From: Promethearchaeota archaeon
Lineage (GTDB): Archaea; Asgardarchaeota; Lokiarchaeia; Sigyniarchaeales; SOKP01
Direction: 5' to 3'
DNA length: 64,000 nucleotides
NCBI GenBank assembly: GCA_019057795.1
Contig: JAHLWS010000049.1
Span: forward strand, 90,696 to 154,695
Shown: in pieces, positions 60,529-64,000 of the stretch
Layout: each line of letters begins with the position of its first letter
How positions within the stretch are numbered: the stretch's first letter is position 1
Translations under genes and position numbers: made by a program
Notes under the pieces: generated by a model
What the model was told of the DNA's origin: nothing
The model's database searches: none
What the model saw: only the letters and a program-made list of their open reading frames with translations

Positions 60529-61233
60529 TTGGCTGAAAAAGAAATCTCACAGGAAAATTATGCTGATTGGTTTGCTCTTTATCAACTTTGTCGATTAACA
60601 AAGAGTAAGCGTAATATTACTATAAGCACTATTAAATTTGGTGAAATATTAGGATTAAGTCAACAATCAGGGAGTCGGAGAATTAACGAGTTAATTGAAT
60701 TAAAATGGATCAAAAGAAAAACTGATGGTAAATCACAAACGATATCAATAACCAAAGAAGGAACTAATGTTATGCTTACAGTTTATAAAAATTTGAAATC
60801 TCTCCTTGAGTCAATTTTGATCGTTGGCGAAGTAGTAGAGGGTATGCACGAAGGTGGATATTATGTTGCCATTAAAGGCTATTACGATCAATTTAAAACA
60901 AAATTAGGCTTCGAACCTTATATAGGTACATTAAATTTAATATTAACTGATGCTACAAACACAATTTTACGTGAAAAACTACAAAATATATCACCAGTTA
61001 TAATTGAGGGGTTTAAAGATCAAAGTAGAGAGTACGGGGCTGTTAAATGCTATGATGTGTACATCTCCCGAATGGATGATAAAAATAATCGCCGAAAAGC
61101 TGCTATATTAGATATTAAAAGAACTCATCACGAAAAAAACATAATAGAGATCTTAGCGAAGCCTTATTTAAGAGACTACTATAACCTGAAAGACGGAGAC
61201 AAGTTAATAATTGAATTAATTAAAAATAGATAG
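60529..61233 (+). CDS. ribK: CTP-dependent riboflavin kinase with N-terminal HTH
   Basis: SQQSGSRR, GMHEGGYY, GFEPYIGTLN, RTHH, LKDGD. Confidence 0.92.
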   Translation: MAEKEISQENYADWFALYQLCRLTKSKRNITISTIKFGEILGLSQQSGSRRINELIELKWIKRKTDGKSQTISITKEGTNVMLTVYKNLKSLLESILIVGEVVEGMHEGGYYVAIKGYYDQFKTKLGFEPYIGTLNLILTDATNTILREKLQNISPVIIEGFKDQSREYGAVKCYDVYISRMDDKNNRRKAAILDIKRTHHEKNIIEILAKPYLRDYYNLKDGDKLIIELIKNR

Positions 61234-61276
61234 AAATGCGATAGAATCTATTTAAATTGTAAAATAAGGTTTAATT

Positions 61277-61900
61277 TTAATTTCCTTTTTCGAAATTTCT
61301 TATGAGTTTCTCAATTTTAAAATATCTAAAGTAAGCCGTAGCTATTACTAAGATCATAAAAAGAAATAAAAACTCGTTAACGAATCCATAAAAATTCGCG
61401 ATTAACATAGTAATAAACAAATAAAATAGCCGTTCTGATCTAGCCATTAGCCCGTAATCAAAATCTCCTTTGTAAAAGGTCTCAGCTCTCGCTCTCAAAT
61501 AACTTATCATTATCGAACTTAAAAAAGAAATTAAAATTATTATTTTCATATCTAAAAATCCCCATAATATAGAATTCCAGCAATAAAGCAAAAGAGCAAA
61601 AAAAATAACAAATTCGCTCGTTCTATCCATAACTGAGTCAAAAAAGCCTCCAAAAGTTGTTGCTCTATTCTTTATCCTAGCGATTGCCCCATCAACGCCA
61701 TCAAAAATACCCACTAAAAATACGAATATTGAGAAAAAAAATAAATTAAAAAAAAAAACAAGAGCAAAAAAACTAAAAATAGAAAAACAAAGCATTATGA
61801 TCGTTGCTAAATTAGGATTCACGCCAATTTTGCCTAAACCCTTCGCTAGTAATTTGATAAAGGGTCGAAATATTCTACGAAGCCGAAATTTTGAACCCAT
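61277..61900 (-). CDS. CDP-alcohol phosphatidyltransferase
   Basis: DGVDGAIAR..GGFFDSVMDR, SYLRARAE. Confidence 0.92.
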   Translation of the reverse strand: MGSKFRLRRIFRPFIKLLAKGLGKIGVNPNLATIIMLCFSIFSFFALVFFFNLFFFSIFVFLVGIFDGVDGAIARIKNRATTFGGFFDSVMDRTSEFVIFFALLLYCWNSILWGFLDMKIIILISFLSSIMISYLRARAETFYKGDFDYGLMARSERLFYLFITMLIANFYGFVNEFLFLFMILVIATAYFRYFKIEKLIRNFEKGN

Positions 61901-61933
61901 AACTCTTAAACCCACTTTATTTTTTCGATAAAA

Positions 61934-62071
61934 TTAATTGTTCTTCTCATATAAACTTGCAACACTTTTAACATCGTATAATTCTTTTAGAACGTCTAAT
62001 TTTACTAAAATCTCGTCTGCTTGATACCACTGCCACTTTAGATATTTGTAAGGAAAAAGATTAGTAGAAAT
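61934..62071 (-). CDS. Possible 45-aa protein with ATT (or ATA) start
   Basis: GAGGT SD followed by open frame STNLFPYKYLKWQWYQADEILVKLDVLKELYDVKSVASLYEKNN. Confidence 0.4.
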   Translation of the reverse strand: MSTNLFPYKYLKWQWYQADEILVKLDVLKELYDVKSVASLYEKNN

Positions 62072-62204
62072 TATAACCTCTTGAAATTCTTTTTATTTAT
62101 ATATAATACTTAATTTTAATATTTATAATTTTTTTAATCTAATAATTTTAAAGAATTTAAAACAATTATACAATTATACAATAAAAAAAATCATGTGACC
62201 TTAA

Positions 62205-62510
62205 TTGAAATTAAAATTAGTTCTTAAGCTTACAACAAACAAAGACAAAGAAGTGTCCATTAAATTCGCTATACCTCCAAGCAAACATTACGGATTTATA
62301 AACTTCATTAATTTAGCGTTAAATCAAGATAAACCAGTTATAATTACATTCGAAAAAATAAGTAAGAAGGGAGATAAAGAAGAAAGTAAAATAGTTGGAA
62401 CATTCAAATTTGAAGGGAAGGATGAACCTGGATTAAAACAACTTGAAGAAGAAATCGACGATAAAGAAAAAAAAAGAAAAAAGCAACACCAGAAAAGGGT
62501 TCAAAAATAA
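62205..62510 (+). CDS. Hypothetical protein
   Basis: GTGA SD-like motif, TTG start, basic tail. Confidence 0.65.
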   Translation: MKLKLVLKLTTNKDKEVSIKFAIPPSKHYGFINFINLALNQDKPVIITFEKISKKGDKEESKIVGTFKFEGKDEPGLKQLEEEIDDKEKKRKKQHQKRVQK

Positions 62511-62600
62511 TTCTTTTATTTGGTTATTATTATAGTATTTAATTTACCATCTTTTTGTTAAAATTTATTTATACTAAATGAATATAAGTTTATTTTAAAA

Positions 62601-63557
62601 ATGGAAGACATAAAAAGTCTACAAATCCCAATTCCAGGAAGAATTTGCTTGATGGGTGATAAGGTTGATCTATTGGGAAAACCTGTTATAGCTATGGCAA
62701 TAAACTTAATGATGAGGTTCAATTACATAGATAGGTCTGACGACATAATTGAATTTTATAGCCATGATACGAAAGAAAGAATTAAGTTTAATTTGGGTGA
62801 ATCACCTCCAAGAAATATTGATTTAAGTTATTGGAGTGTTTTGTATGAACGGTTGAAAGAAAAAATTACCCATGGATTTGTTTTAGAAGTTAAATCTGAT
62901 ATTCCTATAGGCGTAGGATTATCTACATCGGCAGCAATTTCCGTAGGATTTTTACGAACAATGAGCGAAGCTTTTTCTTTTAACCTTTCTAGCAATGAAA
63001 TCGCCGAACTTGCATATTTGGGAGAGAATCACGATTTAGGCATTCAATGTGGAAGAATGGATCAATATAGCATAGCTCATGGTGGTATAACTTTTATTCA
63101 TACCAATGAAAATCCTAGAGTTGAACAGCTAGATATTAGTTATCTACCAATCGTTGTAGGGGATTCAATTGAAGAAAGAAAAGCTGGAACAATATTAAAT
63201 AGAATTAAAAGACAAATCAGAGAAAAAGATTCCCTAACATTAAATGCCTTTAAGGTAATTGAGGATTGTGTAAATCAAGGCAAACAAGCATTATTGAAAA
63301 GCGATTTTAAAAAGTTTGGAATGTACATGGATATTCAGCAAGAACAAGAAATTATCCTAGACACAGCAACAGAAAAGATATTGAAATTATGTAAAGCAGC
63401 TAAAAATGCTGGTGCTTTTGGAGCAAAACAAATGGGTGCTGGGGGAGGCGGTTGTATGCTCGCAATTGCTCCTGGAAAGCAAGAGGAAGTTTCTCGAGCT
63501 ATAGAAAAAGCAGGCGGGAGAGCATGGATTTTTGACATATTTAATTATAAATCTTAA
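62601..63557 (+). CDS. GHMP kinase (mevalonate kinase/galactokinase-like)
   Basis: PGRICLMGD, PIGVGLSTSAA, CGRMDQ, GAGGGG. Confidence 0.88.
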   Translation: MEDIKSLQIPIPGRICLMGDKVDLLGKPVIAMAINLMMRFNYIDRSDDIIEFYSHDTKERIKFNLGESPPRNIDLSYWSVLYERLKEKITHGFVLEVKSDIPIGVGLSTSAAISVGFLRTMSEAFSFNLSSNEIAELAYLGENHDLGIQCGRMDQYSIAHGGITFIHTNENPRVEQLDISYLPIVVGDSIEERKAGTILNRIKRQIREKDSLTLNAFKVIEDCVNQGKQALLKSDFKKFGMYMDIQQEQEIILDTATEKILKLCKAAKNAGAFGAKQMGAGGGGCMLAIAPGKQEEVSRAIEKAGGRAWIFDIFNYKS

Positions 63558-63714
63558 GAAAATAAAAGAAAATTTTTTAACTGGTTCAAAAACTCATATT
63601 CCTCATCTCGTATTTTTTTATATAAGGTTTCTTATAAGGAAGCTTGTAAGACTTATTTCAAATAGAAATATTTAAAGTTCTATAAAATATAAAATAAAAC
63701 ATTTAAAGCAATTA

Positions 63715-63906
63715 ATGATCGTTAATATTATGGAAAAAGAGAAGAAGGTTTTTACTTTAGAACAACATAAAATAGCGAAAATGGGTCCTGAATTCATTGT
63801 AGTAATCCCTAGAAAAATTATTCAGTATAAAATTATTGATCCTGGGAAACTTTATAACATTCATTTTGAAGAGGTTGTTGAAGAAAAGAAAGAAAATGAA
63901 AGTTAA
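63715..63906 (+). CDS. Small AbrB-like protein
   Basis: KIAKMGPEFIVVIPR..IDPGK. Confidence 0.5.
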   Translation: MIVNIMEKEKKVFTLEQHKIAKMGPEFIVVIPRKIIQYKIIDPGKLYNIHFEEVVEEKKENES

Positions 63907-64000
63907 ACTTCTTCTCGATATGAAAGATTATCAATTATAGTAAAGCCTATATTATTCTCCTTTAAGAGTTTTATTATCTGGAGATTATAATCTAATCGCA
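63903..64000 (-). CDS. 3' end of a gene entering from the right edge
   Basis: Open frame RLDYNLQIIKLLKENNIGFTIIDNLSYREEV*. Confidence 0.5.
   Translation of the reverse strand, partial: RLDYNLQIIKLLKENNIGFTIIDNLSYREEV

Noticed and set aside
1-64000. tRNA or rRNA genes
   Set aside because: No cloverleaf with a T-loop motif or rRNA-like GC-rich block was recognised by eye

Overview
AT-rich archaeal chromosome segment, almost certainly from an Asgard archaeon of the Lokiarchaeia. It encodes a Loki-type profilin, two Rab-like GTPases, a longin-like membrane protein, a JAMM/MPN protein, L38e and L40e, thermosome, Alba and archaeal AspRS/ThrRS. Most of it is housekeeping and metabolic genes, plus a solo TnpB IS200/IS605 element and a decayed acyltransferase paralog. 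Three features stand out. (1) A ~513-nt ORF-free region at 39764-40276 (minus strand) has a TATA box, a 12-bp terminal stem, several internal hairpins and a U11 terminator, and looks like a large structured ncRNA, either a highly divergent RNase P/MRP-like RNA or a new class. (2) The 3' end of an unannotated small gene beside the thermosome is repeated at 25242 and 23315, with only synonymous differences in the long copy, and the repeats bound stacked accessory modules, one of them GC-rich and B12-methyltransferase-encoding. (3) Several genes appear to start at ATA, ATT or ATC codons. All functional calls are from motif recognition by eye; no database searches were run.
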